Part shown: positions 23,395-36,546 of the stretch, piece by piece
Position numbering within the stretch: the first letter of the stretch is position 1
Layout: the number at the start of each line of letters is the position of its first letter
DNA from: Haliotis rubra
Lineage: Eukaryota
Direction of reading: 5' to 3'
Assembly: GCF_003918875.1 (NCBI RefSeq)
Contig: NW_025767151.1
Location: forward strand, 744,001 to 808,000
Length of the DNA stretch: 64,000 bases
Translations under genes and position numbers: made by a program
The notes under the pieces: generated by a model
Told to the model about the DNA's origin: nothing
The model's input: only the letters and a program-made list of their open reading frames with translations
The model's database searches: none

Positions 23395-25780
23395 CAGGAT
23401 AATATCTTAAATATCGTATGTACCAGACAAATGACATATATGTATCAACTTAATATGTCTACCTTTATAAAAGAGAAATAAACTGTCTATTACCAACCCC
23501 CATCCAGTAGTAACGTGTTTGGCACGGAGTACATAGGTCACGCGACTGATCACTTACTTTGTTTTGACACGCCTTGACTGCAAAACCGCATCAGAAATGA
23601 CATGAAAATATTGCTCTGTGCGTGAAGTAGACTTTGCGTGCGTTCATACTGTTTACAGTACTCTGCATAACTAACCACGCTCACCTGAATCAGACGTAAT
23701 TGAATACCATAGCTCGAGAGTGTTTTGCAAGAAGGTGATCGTATTGACCTTCTGTTCATTGACCTTGGAACATCACTCATAGAGGTCTCTTGTAAAAGTG
23801 TTGGGTTGAAATGGATTTCATGAACGAATAGAACATGCCATGACCATGTACGTGTTATTGTGTTCAGATTACACAGCCAAATCCGAAGGAGTTACAAAAT
23901 ACGTTAGATTCTTGTTATAACTACAGGTATAAGAGGGATTAATATTATTAATTTCAAATACTAGTTTTTTGGCGGATCCAAAAGAGATTACATAAAGTAA
24001 GGAGGATATATTTTAAGAAATGTGGAACCCCTTAAATATCCTGGTGTTAGCTAGAAATTATTATCCTGCAAAGACATCTCAGATTTACTAGTACGAAGCT
24101 TATGAGAACAAGGATGCATTATATTCTATGTCAAGGGGGGAAATCACATTTACCGATTGTGTGTCAATCTTTTTGACGTCATTGTTGGACCAATTCCTTT
24201 ACGTTTTTCTTTATGGGGATTTGAAAATCTTTCCATTTGAGAAACTATTTAAATTAGCTTTCTCAAACACATAACGGCACTAAGAAAGAGCGCTCCACCA
24301 AGGACGTAGTCAAACTCACAATGATCTATATGCTTTCGAAAGAGATTTCTGACTTGGTAAACACCTAAATTAGCTTTCATCATGCATTAAATACTTTTTA
24401 ATGATAAGGTATATTGGGAATATAAAAAATAAATGAATAAAATGCGTGAAACAAATATTTGACGAACTCGGCAAAAGTTGCATGTAGATATCTCAAAATT
24501 TGCCTATCAGTTGAAGGAGAGGAAACAACTCATTCATATGTATTGTTACATCTACCAAATGAACTTACATTTTAATAGCAGAAGATTAGGAACATTACAA
24601 AGTAATGTAAAATATTAATAAAGTTCCAACCTGGAAATAATGTTACAAAGATGTTTGTACCTACACTCTCAGATGTGTTTTGTACCTGACCCGGAAAAAA
24701 TGTGAATAACCTTGTAATGTTGTTTCCATAATAATATACATACCATTTGTAGAATCAATACTCTAATTGTACCTCTAATGTCGGTGCAAGCGACTTGTGT
24801 ATACCGAAGTTCAATTCAGTTCCGTTAAGAAAACTCCAAGTCACATCCACTCATAGCAGTTAAGTGACGCCGGCAAAGGCAAAGTTTACTCACCCACAAC
24901 ATGAAGTGAAGATTTGTTGACACAAGGACTGAAATAGGTCAGCTGGATTTGTAAATTGAACGTATGACCTATATCACATGTTAAATGAACACATTTCCTC
25001 AGCCGTATAGTGATGTTTGCTATGTTAGGCCGAGCCATACGCTAACTGTAGTCACTATAAATCACGTTCCAAGTTCGGGGTCATTCACGTTCCAAGTTCG
25101 GAGTAAATCACGTTCCAAGTTCAGGGTAAATCACGTTTCAATTTCAAGGTAAATCACGTTCCAAGTTCAGGGTAAATCACGTTCCAAGTTCAGGGTAATT
25201 CAAGTTCCAAGTTCAGGGTAAATCACGTTAATTCACGTTCCAAGTTCGGGGTAAATCACGTTCCAAGTTCAGGGTAAATCACGTTTCAATTTCAAGGTAA
25301 ATCACGTTCCAAGTTCAGGGTAAATCACGTTCCAAGTTCAGGGTAAATCACGTTCCAAGTTCGGGGTAATTCACGTTCCAAGTTCAGGGTAAATCACGTT
25401 AATTCACATTCCAAGTTCGGGGTAAATCACGTTTCAAGTTCAAGGTAAATCACGTTCCAAGTTCAGGGTAATTCACGTTCCAAGTTCAGGGTAATTCACG
25501 TTCCAAGTTCAGGGTAATTCACGTTAAAAGTTCGGGGTAAATCACGTTTCAAGACACACACGCGTTGTTTAATGCTCCCTTGATGACAAACGTTGGGTAA
25601 TAATGAAAGTCACCAGACATTTTAAACAAACACCCTTCACCGGACAATTTTTTAAGCATTTCACCTAAATTTGGTCATGAGGCCATTACTTGTGTCAGAC
25701 AGTTTTATTTTCTGTTAAGTAAAAGGAAAGATTGTGACAAGGTGGTGTCTATCTCCATCCCCACTCAACTCCTGTAGACT
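23395..25780 (+). repeat. Old local duplicate of 8060-8637 + 14653-14960 + 17640-18490
   Basis: Collinear diverged blocks, e.g. ccttgactgcaaa.ccgcatcagaaatgacatgaaa, gatcgtattgaccttctgttcattgacctt, atggggatttgaaaatctt, aattgtacctctaa. Confidence 0.85.
25060..25552. repeat. 23-bp minisatellite, ~21 copies
   Basis: Unit agggtaaatcacgttccaagttc. Confidence 0.95.
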
Positions 25781-25879
25781 ATAAATTGATTGACTATATG
25801 ATTGTATATGCATGTCTTGCCCAACATAATCGATGTTTATGAATCATAATATTCTTTAACTTGTTAGTGAGGTTTAATG

Positions 25880-28800
25880 TAGTGATGGAAGTTGTGGTGG
25901 TGGGAGTAGAAGTCGTGGTGGTGGTGGTGGGAGTAGAGGTCGTGGTGGTGGGAGTAGAGGTCGTGGTGGTGGTGGTGGGAGTAGAAGTCGTGGTGATGGG
26001 AGTAGGGGTCGTGGTGATGGGAGTAGGGGTCGTGGTGGTGGGAGTAGAAGTCGTGGTGGTGGGAGAAGGGGTCGTGGTGGTGGGAGTAGAAGTCGTGGTG
26101 GTGGTGGTGGTGGAAGTAGAGGTCGTGGTGGTGGGAGAAGAAGTCATGATGGTCGTGGTGGGAGTAGAAGTCGTGGTGATGGGAGTAGGGGTCGTGGTGG
26201 TGGGAGTAGAGGTCGTGGTGGTGGTGGTGGGAGTAGAAGTCATGATGGTGGTGGTGGGAGTAGAAGTCGTGGTGGTGGTGGGAGTAGATGTCGTGGTGGT
26301 GGTGGATGGAGTAGAAGTCATGATGGTCGTGGTGGGAGTAGAAGTCGTGGTGGTGGTGGGAGTAGATGTCGTGGTGGTGGTGGGAGTAGATGTCGTGGTG
26401 GTGGGAGTAGAGGTCGTGGTGTGAGTAGAAGTCATGATGGTGGTGGTGGGAGTAGAAGTCGTGGTGATGGGAGTAGGGGTCGTGGTGGTGGGAGTAGAAG
26501 TCGTGGTGGTTGGAGTAGAGGTCGTGGTGGTGGGAGTAGAGGTCGTGGTGGTTGGAGTAGAGGTCGTGGTGGTTGGAGTAGGGGTCGTGGTGGTGGGAGT
26601 AGAGGTCGTGGTGGTGGTTGGAGTAGAAGTCGTGGTGGTGGGAGTAGAGGTCGTGGTCGTGGTGGGAGTAGAAGTCATGATGGTCGTGGTGGGAGAAGAA
26701 GTCGTGGTGGTGGGAGTAGAGGTCTTGGTGGTGGTGGTGGGAATAGAAGTCATGATGGTGGTGGTGGGAGTAGAAGTCGTGGTTGTGGTGGGAGTAGATG
26801 TCGTGGTGGTGGTGGATGGAGTAGAAGTCATGATGGTCGTGGTGGGAGTAGAAGTCGTGGTGGTGGTGGGAGTAGATGTCGTCGTGGTGGTGGGAGTAGA
26901 TGTCGTGGTGGTGGGAGTAGAGGTCGTGGTGTGAGTAGAAGTCATGATGGTGGTGGTGTGGAGTCGTGGAGTAGAAGTCGTGGTGATGGGGTAGGGGTCG
27001 TGGTGGTGGAAGGTAGAAGTCGTGGTGGTGGGAGTAGAAGTCGTGGTAGAAGATCGTGGGAGTAGAGGTCGTGGTGGTTGGAGTAGAAGTCGTGGTGGTG
27101 TGGTGGAGTAGGGGTCGTGAGTGGTGGGAGTAGAAGTCGTGGTGGTGGTTGGAGTAGAAGTCGTGGTGGTGGTGGATGGAATAGAAGTCATGATGGTCGT
27201 GGTGGGAGTAGAAGTCGTGGTTGTGGTGGGAGTAGATGTCGTGGTGGTGGTGGATGGAGTAGAAGTCATGATGGTCGTGGTGGGGAGTAGAAGTCGTGGT
27301 GGTGGTGGGAGTAGATGTCGTCGTGGTGGTGGGAGTAGAATGTCGTGGTGGTGGTGGGAGTAGAGAGGTCGTGGTGGTGGTGTGTGGAAGTCATGATGGT
27401 GGTGGTGGGGGAGTAGGAAGTCGTGGTGATGGGAGTAGGGGTCGTGGTGGTGGGAGTAGAAGTCGTGGTGAAGTTAGTGGAGTAGAGGTCAGTGGTGAAG
27501 TGGTGGGAGTAGAGGTCGTGGTGGTTGGGACCGATGGGTGTGGTGTAGGTTGGGATTAGGGGGTCGTGGTGGTGGGGGTCAGAGGGTGGTGGTGGTTGGT
27601 AGGAGGTCGTGGTGGTGGTGGGGTAGAAGTCGTGGAAGTGGTGGATGGAATAAAGAAGTGGATAAGGTCGTGGTGATGAAGTCGTGGTGGGTGGGGGAAT
27701 CAGAAGTCGTGGTGGGGTAGGGTAGAAGTCGATGAGTGGTCGTGGTGGTGGGAAGTCAATGGTGGTGAAGTGGAATTGGGAGTAGAAGTCGTGGTGGTGG
27801 TGATTGGAGGAGTAGATGTCGTGGTGGTGGGAGTAGATGTCGTGGTGGTGGGAGTAGATGGTCGTGGTGTATGAAGTCGTGGTAGATGGTCATGAATAGA
27901 AGGTGGTGGGGAGTCGTAGAGTAGGTCGTGAGTGAGTGAGTGGGGAGTGGGAAAAGTCGTAGTGGTGAAGGTCGTGGTGGTGGGAAGTAGAAGTCGTGGT
28001 GGTGGGAGTAAGGTCGTAAAGGTGGGAGTAGGAGTCGTGGTGGTTGGAGGTAGATGCGTGAATTGGTTCGTGGGTGGTGGGAGTAGGGGTCGTGGTGGTG
28101 GTGGGTAAAATCATGATGAAGTAGAAGCGATGGTGGTCGTGGTGGATGGTGGGTAAGGTCGTGGGTGGTGGAGTGTAGTAGAGTCGGTAGTGGTGGGTAG
28201 AGGTCGTGGTGGATTGGATGGTGGTGGAGTCATGGGAGGAAGTGATGGTGGTGGTGGTGAGTAGAAGTCGTGGTCGTGGTGGTGGGGGTGGGATGTCGTG
28301 GTGGTGGAGTCCAGAGGTCGTGGGGTGTAGAGTGGAAGATCACGTGGGTCGTGGTGGTGGGGTAGAAGTCGTGGTGGTGGGGTAGAAGGTCGTGGTGGTG
28401 GGGATGGACGTCGTGGTGGATGGAGTAGAGGTCGTGGTGGTGGGAGTAGAGGTCGTGGTGGTTGGGTACGAGGTCGTGGTGAAGTTGGTGTAGAGTAGGG
28501 TCGTGAGGTGGTGTGGGGCAAGAGGTCGTGGTGGTGGTTGGGTGTAAGGTAGGTCAGTGGTGGTGGAAGTAGAGGTCGTAGGTGGTGGTGTAGTGGTCGT
28601 GATGGTGGGTAGAGGTGGTCGTGGTGGTGGTGATTAGAAGTCATGATGGTGGTGGTGGGGTAGAAGGTCGGGTCTTGGTGGTGGTGGTGGGATGGGAGTC
28701 GAAGTCATGATGGTGGTGGTGGGAGTAGAAGTCGTGGTGTGGTGGGGTAGAGGTCGTGGTGGTGGTGGATGGGGAATCGTGGGTCGTGGTCGTGGTGGTG

Positions 28801-31400
28801 GGGAGTAGAAGTCGTGGTGGAATGGGGTAGGTGTAGAGGGTCGTGGTGGAGGGTGGTGTCGTGGAGATTGGGGAGATGAGGTCGTGGTGGTGGTGGTAGG
28901 GTCGTGGTGTGGAGTAGAGGTCGCATGGTGGTGGTGGGAGTAGAGGTCGTGGTGGTGGGAGTAGAGGTCGTGGTGGTGGGAAGTAGAAGTCGTGGTGGTG
29001 GGGTGGAGGTCGTGAAGTCGTGGTGGTGGTAGAAGTAGGATGGGGTCGTGTGGTGGTGGTGGTCGGGTCGTGGTGGTTGGGAAGTCGTGGTGGTGGGAGT
29101 AGTAGGTCGTGGTGGTGGGAGTAAAAGGTCGTGGTGGAATTGGGATTAGAGGGTCGTGGTGGTGGGAGTAGGTCGTGGTGGGGTGGTGGAGTAGAGGTCG
29201 TGGTGGTGGGAGTAGAGGTCATGGTGGTGAGTAGTGAGTGGGAGTAGAGGTCGTGGTGGTGGGCGGTAGAAGTCGTGGTGGTGGGGGTAGTAAAGGTCGT
29301 GGTGGTGGTGGAGTAGAGGTCGTGGTGGTGGTGGGAGTAGAGGTCGTGGTGGTGGGGGTAGAAGGTCGTGGTGGTGGGAGTAGAGGTCGTGGTGGTGGGA
29401 GTAGAAGTCGTGGTGGTGGGAGTAGAGGTCGTGGTGGTGGGAGTGGGGTCACGTTTTGGTGAAGGTGGGAGTAGGGTCGTGGTGGTGGGAGTAGAAGGTC
29501 GTGGTGGTCGGGGAGTAGAGGTCGTGGTGGTGGGGTAGAGGTCGTGGTGGTGGGAGTAGTCGTGGTGGTGGTGGGAGTAGAAGGTCGTGGTGGTGGGAGA
29601 TAGAGGTCGTGGTGGTGGGGTAGAGGTCGTGGTGGTGGGAGTAGAAGTCGTGGTGGTGGTGGGAGTAGAGGTCGTGGTGGTGGTGGGAGAGGTCGTGGTG
29701 GGTGGAGTAGAGGTCGTGGTGGTGGTTGGAGTAGAAGGTCGTGGTGGTGGGAGTAGAGGTCGTGGTGGTGAGGTCGGGTGGTTGGTAGAAGTCGTGGTGG
29801 TGGGAGTAGAAGGTCGTGGTGGTGGGTGGTAGGGAGTAGGCGTCTTGGTGGTGGAAGTAGAGGTCGTGGTGGTTGGAGTAGAAGTCGTGGTGATGGGTGC
29901 GAGGTTGTGGTGGAAGTAGAGGTCGTGGTGGTGGGAGTAGGGGTCGTGGTGGTGGGAGTAGAGGTCGTGGTGGTGGTGGGAGAGTCGTGGTGGTGGGGTA
30001 AGGGTCGTGGTGAGGTGGGAGTAAAGGTCGTGGTGATGGGAGTAGGGGTCGTGGTGGTGGGGTAGAGGTCGTGGTGGTGGTGGGATTAGAGGTCGTGGTG
30101 GTGGGAGTAGAGTCGTGGTGGTGGGGAGTAAAGAAGTCGTGGTGGTGGGGTAGATTGGTCGTGGTGAGTCGTGGTGGTGGGGTAGAGGTCGTGGTGATGG
30201 GAGTAGAGGTCTTGGTGGTGGGAGTAGGAGTCGTGGTGGTGGGGAGTAGAGGTCGTGGTGGTGGGGGTAGAGGTCGTGGTGGTGGGAGTAGAAGTCGTGG
30301 GTGGTGGAGTAGAGGTCGTGGTGGTGGGAGTAGAGGTCGTGGTGGTGGTGGGAAAGTGGTGGTGGGAGTAGAGGTCGTGGTGGTGGGAGTAGAAGTCGTG
30401 GTGGTGGGAGTAGGGTCGTGGTGGTGGGAGTAGAGGTCGTGGTGGTGGGGAGTAGAAGTCGTGGTGGTGGGAGGAGGTGGTGGTGGTGGGAAGTAGAGGT
30501 CGTGGTGGTGGAAGTAGGAGGTCGTGGTGGTGGTGGGGTAGGAAGTCGTGGTGGTGGGAGTAGAGGTCGTGGTGGTGGAGTAGAGGTGGTGGTGGTGGTG
30601 GTGGAAGTAGAGGTCGTGGTGGTGGGAGTGAAGTCGTGGTGGGTGGTGGGAGTAGAAGTCGTGGTGGTGGGAGTAGGGGTCGTGGTGGTGGGAGTAGAGG
30701 TCGGTGGTTGGTGGTGTGGTAGGGGTCGTGGTGGTGAGTAGGGAGTCGTGGGTGGTGGTGGTGGGAGTAGAAGTCGTGGTGGTGGTGGGGTGGGGTAGTG
30801 GTGGTGGTGGTAGAGGTCGGGTGGTGAGGGTAGAAGTCATGGGTGGTGGGAGTAAAGGTCTTGGTGGTGGTGAGTAGAAGTCGTGGTGGTGGTGGGGTGT
30901 AGACGTCATGAGGAGTCGTGGTGGTGGGGTAGACGTGTTGGTAGGGGAGTAGAGGAGGTCGTGGTGGTGGGGTAGAATGGGTAGGGTCGTGGTGAGTAGA
31001 TTGGGAGTAGAGGTCGTGGTGGTGGGAGTAGAGGTCGTGGTGGTGGGAGTAGAGGTCGTGGTGGTGGGAGTAGACGTTTTGGTGATGGGAGTGGAGGTCG
31101 TGGTGGTGGGAGTAGAGGTCGTGGTGGTGGGAGTAGACGTTTTGGTGATGGGAGTGGAGGTCGTGGTGGTGGGAGTAGAGGTCGTGGTGATGGGAGTAGG
31201 GGTCGTGGTGGTGGGAGTAGAGGTCGTGGTGATGGGAGTAGGGGTCGTGGTGGTGGGAGTAGAGGTCGTGGTGGTGGTTGTGGGAGTAGAAGTCATGATG
31301 GTCGTGGTGGGAGTAGAAGTAGTGGTGGTGGTGGGAGTAGATGTCGTTGTGGTGGGAGTAGAGGTCGTGGTGATGGGAGTAGAAACCATGATGTTGGTGA
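25880..31400 (-). repeat. Mucin-like (TTTTSTP)n triplet array; possible PTS-domain exon or non-coding satellite
   Basis: The minus strand reads acc/acg-act-tct-act-ccc repeats. Frame is clean at both ends (25880-26950, 31010-31390) and dense with 1-bp indels in the centre. No non-repetitive flanking domain was found. Confidence 0.6.
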
Positions 31401-31459
31401 GTTGGTGAAATGGGGTTTAACGTCATATTTAGTTGTCGTAGTTACAGTGGCGGGTAACT

Positions 31460-32200
31460 AGTTGTGGTAGCATCAGTAGTAGCAGTAGAAGTCGTAGAAA
31501 CAGCAGTAGTAGTAGTAGTAGTAGCAGCAGCAGTAGGAGCAGTAGCTGTAGCAGCAGTAGTAGTACTAGAAGTAGAAGCAATAGTAGTAGTGATAGCAGC
31601 AGTAGAAGCGGTAGCTGGCGGCAGTAGGGAAGCAATGAAGGTGGAAGTGGTGGTGGTGGTGGTGGTGGTGGCAGTGGTGGTAGTGATAATGGTGAGGTTG
31701 GTGTATCGGTGGCAATGGTAGTGGTAGTGGTAGAAGCAATGGTGGTGGTGGTGGTGGTAGTGGTGGTGGTGGTGGTGGTGGTAGTGGCAATGAGTAGTGG
31801 TAGCAATGGTAGCGGTGGTGGTAGGTGGTGGTAGTGGTGGCAGTGGTGGTAGTGGTGGTGGTAGTAGTGGTGAGTAGTGGTAACAATAGTGGTTGTAGTA
31901 GTAGTAGCAATAGTAGTTGTAGCAATAGNNNNNNNNNNNNNNNNNNNNNNNNNNNNNNNNNNNNNNNNNNNNNNNNNNNNNNNNNNNNNNNNNNNNNNNN
32001 NNNNNNNNNNNNNNNNNNNNNNNNNNNNNNNNNNNNNNNNNNNNNNNNNNNNNNNNNNNNNNNNNNNNNNNNNNNNNNNNNNNNNNNNNNNNNNNNNNNN
32101 NNNNNNNNNNGCAGCAGCAGTTGTAGAAGCAGTAACAGTATCATTATTAGTTACTGTAGTAGCAGTAGTCGTCGTAGTAGTAATGATAGTAGTAGTGGCA
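31460..32200. repeat. Compound GTA/GTG/GCA microsatellite containing an assembly gap (N 31929-32110)
   Basis: Direct inspection. Confidence 0.95.
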
Positions 32201-33301
32201 GCCTTAGCAGACGCAGGCGTTTGATCAATGAAATTCCTCCTGTTGACTATGTAAATATACCAAGACGTCTCTATAGACTGTGAAGGACAATCTCGGTCAG
32301 TCTACACAAACCTCTGTGTATTCGTGTCATATTACAGAGCGACGCCAGAGTATGTCGACACACACTCAGATCCGCGTAGAGGCCAGCTACTGGGATTTAT
32401 GTGTGGAGATTAGATCTATCTTTACAGCTGCAAATACAACACCGGCTGTTTCAGAACAATTAAAAATAACAGCCTGATCGAATAATTGAGGAAAATTTAT
32501 ATAATATGGCACCAAGTTTTCTATCTAAGACTTTGATTTTCTTTTTAACAGACTGGACTTATTTTTCATAACATTTCCTGTAACAATTTATTAAATCTCA
32601 AGTGACAGGTCTTTAACAATTATTTTTTAGTTGTCTTGTAATCTTGGCGAAAATCATCATTTATATACTCATAGCGTAGTTTTATATACCCATAGCGTAG
32701 TTGCAATGGTTCAAATCCGAAGTGTCATTGCTATGATATCTGGAAAGGCCAATTAGAGGTGTGTCTTGCTGGACCGTGTTTCGCTGATCAAATGTTTATC
32801 CATGATAAAGGATTTGTAACATAACAAAATAAAAGCGCGCGTAAATCCCAATCCGAAATTGTTGGAATTAATGTGTAAGGTAGGCTGTGTGAACTTCAGC
32901 TTTTATGCAAACTGGTAAATATTTAGACAGTCTACATACTTGTACTTGAAGAGCTACATGTGTTTACATTGCCTGTAATACGGATGTGAACATTAATACA
33001 CTGTTTGTACAGACATTGCCCATTCTAAAGTCTACCGAAACACCAGGTGACCTTAGAACCGCGAATGTCGTAACTGACGTTCTAATGAAACCTAGACGTT
33101 ACAACTTTTGTAACGTACGTTCTTAACGTAGGCTCTGCAGAGAATGCAGTATATATGTTTTAATGCAACTTCATTACTTAAATTACTGTCGTAATTTACC
33201 GGTCTGAAAGCAACCTCAGTACTACGATTGATACAAACCATGCACCTTAACGCAGCGATAGTAATAAGACAATCGTGACTCACGTGTCTTTACGCCAAAT
33301 T

Positions 33302-33715
33302 AGTGAGTGGGTGAGTTTAGCTTTACGCCACTTTTACCAATATTCCAGCAATATCACGGCGGGGGACATCAGAAATGGGCTTCACACATTGTATATATGT
33401 GGGGAATTGAACCCGGGTCTTTGGCGTGACGAGCGGACTCTTTAACCACTAGGCTACCCCACCGCCCCGCCAAACTGGTGCTACGATCCCGTCGCTTCTA
33501 AAAGAAACCCAACACTTTCACACGCTCCGAATACAAGCGTTCTGAACCCGGGGAGTTGGGTAGCCTACCGGTTAAAGCGTTCGCTCGTCATGTTGAAACC
33601 TGGATTCGATTCCCAACACGGGTAAAATGTGTGAAGCCCATTTCCGGTGTGCTCCGACGTGGTATTAGTGGAATATTGCTAAAAGTGGAATAAAACTAAA
33701 CTCTCACTCACTCAC
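33302..33715. mobile_element. Head-to-head pair of SINE A copies (33302-33468 -, 33551-33715 +)
   Basis: Both match the family A consensus, ~80 bp apart. Confidence 0.85.
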
Positions 33716-34258
33716 TGAATGTGGTTACAACTAAATATGTCGATGTCATTACAGACATACGATAGCCGTGGAGCCATGGGCTGTATGGAGCAAAGCGATC
33801 TTAACGCTCAGACTGTTGTCACTTTAGCATAGTCTTCGATACGTAACACGCTTTTTCGAACGGTGATATTGTTTCCAGGTTTCTAAGCACCACGACGGAG
33901 CGACAACTTTTACGATTAATCTTTGAAAGGGTAACAATGCAAAGATTATAAACCGTGTTTCAAGCGTGGTTCCAGTGCTGAATATACTTTTTTCCCCTGG
34001 GATAACTAACTGAGACATTTCTCTCGATATTTCCCCGATAATTCTCATATTTCCCCAGTTACGTCCCCCGATATTTCTTCTGGTATTTTCCCAGGCATTT
34101 CCTTCGATATTTCCCTGGTATTTCCATCGATATTTCCCTGGTATTTCCTTCGATATTTCCCTGACATTTCCCCTTTTCCTCCCTCGATATTCCCCCTGGT
34201 ATTTCCCTCGATACGACTCCCAATATTTCCCAGAACATTTTCCCAGATATTACATACG

Positions 34259-34540
34259 GCCCCGATTTCTCGAAACAAACTTAAGTTTTTGCTCAAATAT
34301 CAAACTGGGCTTGACAATTTGAAACAGCTGAATTTTTAACTCAACTACATTTTTAAAATAAAAATGCCCAAACAACTTAAGTAATCTATCCGACAAACTC
34401 AAATTGTTAACTATGCTTGAGTCTGATATCGATTTCAGTTTAATCTGGGAAATGCAATTTCCTGCGTTTTCTTAAATTTGAGTAATACTCTAACTTAAGT
34501 CAAAACTTCAGACTTAAGTTTATTTCGAAAAATCGTGGCC
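34259..34540. mobile_element. TIR MITE inserted in a degenerate (gatatttccc)n tract (34015-34550)
   Basis: ggccccgatttctcgaaacaaacttaagt ... acttaagtttatttcgaaaaatcgtggcc. Confidence 0.7.
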
Positions 34541-34657
34541 CGATATTTCCCAATCACCTTACACACGTCACAGTGTGCAATCCTTCACCTGGAATGTTTA
34601 GAAATGTTTTTGATGAAACCGTTGTAAATACAATATTTTTAGAGACCAGTTTAAGTA

Positions 34658-35948
34658 CAGTACAACCAGAAATTATTGAGAATTTAAAGATTGTAATATT
34701 TATAAAAAATATTCACTCATTACTCACGTATTAAATGTGAATATTAGCAGAACATAACTCCAGATTCAAAGACAGGTGAACAGTTAGTATTTTGTCAAGT
34801 CACCATGGGCAGCAATGCAGGCTTCAATGCGGCGGGGCATACTACTGATCAAACAAGTTAGAAAGTCGTGGTCCATGCTGTCCCATATCGGACCACCTCT
34901 TCTTTCATTTCAGCAATATTTGTCAGATTTCTTTTATTAACACTTTCTTTCATAAGTCCCCAAACATTTCTAATGGATTTAGGTCAGGGCTATAGCTTGG
35001 CCAATCTAATAATGTCATATTTTGGGTCAGAAACCAAGCCTGTGAATGCTTTGAACGATGTTTTGGGTCGTTGTCCCGCTGGAAAATCCAAAACTTTCCA
35101 TAGAACACGTGAGCAGATGGAAGTAAATGTCCCTCGAGAATATCTGTGTACCGCTCACTGTTCATATTCTCTTCAAATACACAGAGGGGCGTTGCCCCTA
35201 ACACAGACATGCCACCCCACACGTTAAATTTTGGACTGTATTTTGGGCGCTGATACAAAGGTTTTTCAGTTTGTTTGGTCCAGAATTTCAGTGTATTAGG
35301 AAACAGCCACACAGAACTTTCATCTGAGAAAATCACATTGTCCCAGTCAAACTTTCTATGCTGTAAGCACCAGTTCAACCTTCGCTCCTTTTGTTCAGGT
35401 TTCATGATCGGTGATGGAATTCCTCGACTTTTCTGCCAACCCATTGCATGCAGCTCAGTTCTAATTGTCTCCTTACAGACAGCCACAGTTCCTCTATCAA
35501 TCCTATCCAGCCTTAAGTTTTCTAAACCCCTTCGTTTGTTTTTAGAAACAAGAATACCATGCCGCCTCCTGTCACTGACAGTCAATTTTCTGGGCCTACC
35601 TGCGCCTCCCTGGTGCTCAATGCCATATCCATTTGCAATATTTTTCAAAACAGTGGACAAAGGGATGCCTGTTCTACATGAAATCACTTTAGCTGATCTG
35701 ATGTCCTTGTTATAATACTCTAAAATCAACTTCCTCGTCTCTAAATCATCCATACTGAGGATCACTGAAAATGTCGTCTGCTAGCAAGTAAACAAAGGGG
35801 GGATAACTCTTCACAAACTAATGAAAAAGGATTAACGGAGGTGTCTCTTTTGAATGAAACCAAACACTTGATAGCTGGTCAAGGTTGTTTATACTAGAAA
35901 TCCAATTAAACATATTCCTAAAATTCTCAATAATTTCTGGTCATACTA
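34658..35948 (-). mobile_element. Full-length Tc1 (DD34E) DNA transposon
   Basis: 28-bp TIRs (cagtacaaccagaaattattgagaattt / aaattctcaataatttctggtcatacta), TA on both sides, transposase inside. Confidence 0.92.
34784..35753 (-). pseudogene. Tc1 transposase with a single -1 frameshift just after the catalytic Glu
   Basis: GRPRK, VIFSDES, FQRDNDPKH and WPSYSPDLNPLE motifs, with 34 residues between D and E. The alternate frame continues VWGLMKE...SMPRRIEACIAAHGDLTKY*. Confidence 0.88.
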
Positions 35949-36546
35949 TATAAGGATAAAACGTGCATTTTTGGGGAGGGGTCATTGAGACTTTCGTCAC
36001 AATCCGCTAAGTGGATTCATGCAGTTTGAACAACGGTTGAGAATTAGCAGTGTCTGTCTGAGGACAGTCCCTTGTGCCTCGTCAGCTGAAGAATTGTGTG
36101 CAATTCCCCTGTATGTTGCAGGTTGTTCTTGTATTGCTGTGTTTATTAGTGAAGACACCAGTCCATGTGAAGTAGTGGACAAAACAAAGGAAAATGCGTA
36201 CATTGTCAGTAAATTCAAACCTTTGTTAACGTGGAATGTGTTTATTCAAGGTTGTCAATCGATAAATTCATGTCTACTTTGTAAGGTGCCTCGCGTTCCT
36301 TCGTTCAGGCCCTTCACGTCATATTGAAGTGCTTGAAAGGCATTTAGAAAATGGACGAACATCCACCTGATGAAGGAGGAAGAATTAGCTCTGAAACGTC
36401 GTATAAAGATTAAAAAAGAAGTTGTTATCCATAAAAACGTGTGATGCATTCATTCACGTCATATTGTTTATCTTTGTCAGTATTGACATATTTATCTATA
36501 TATTTACCTATATATTGTACCAATAATTCCTTCTCTGTTTTGTAGG

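Noticed and set aside
25861-31408. Val/Gly-rich, Arg/Gly-rich and His/Pro-rich ORFs
   Set aside because: Alternate frames or strands of the triplet array and of indel errors.
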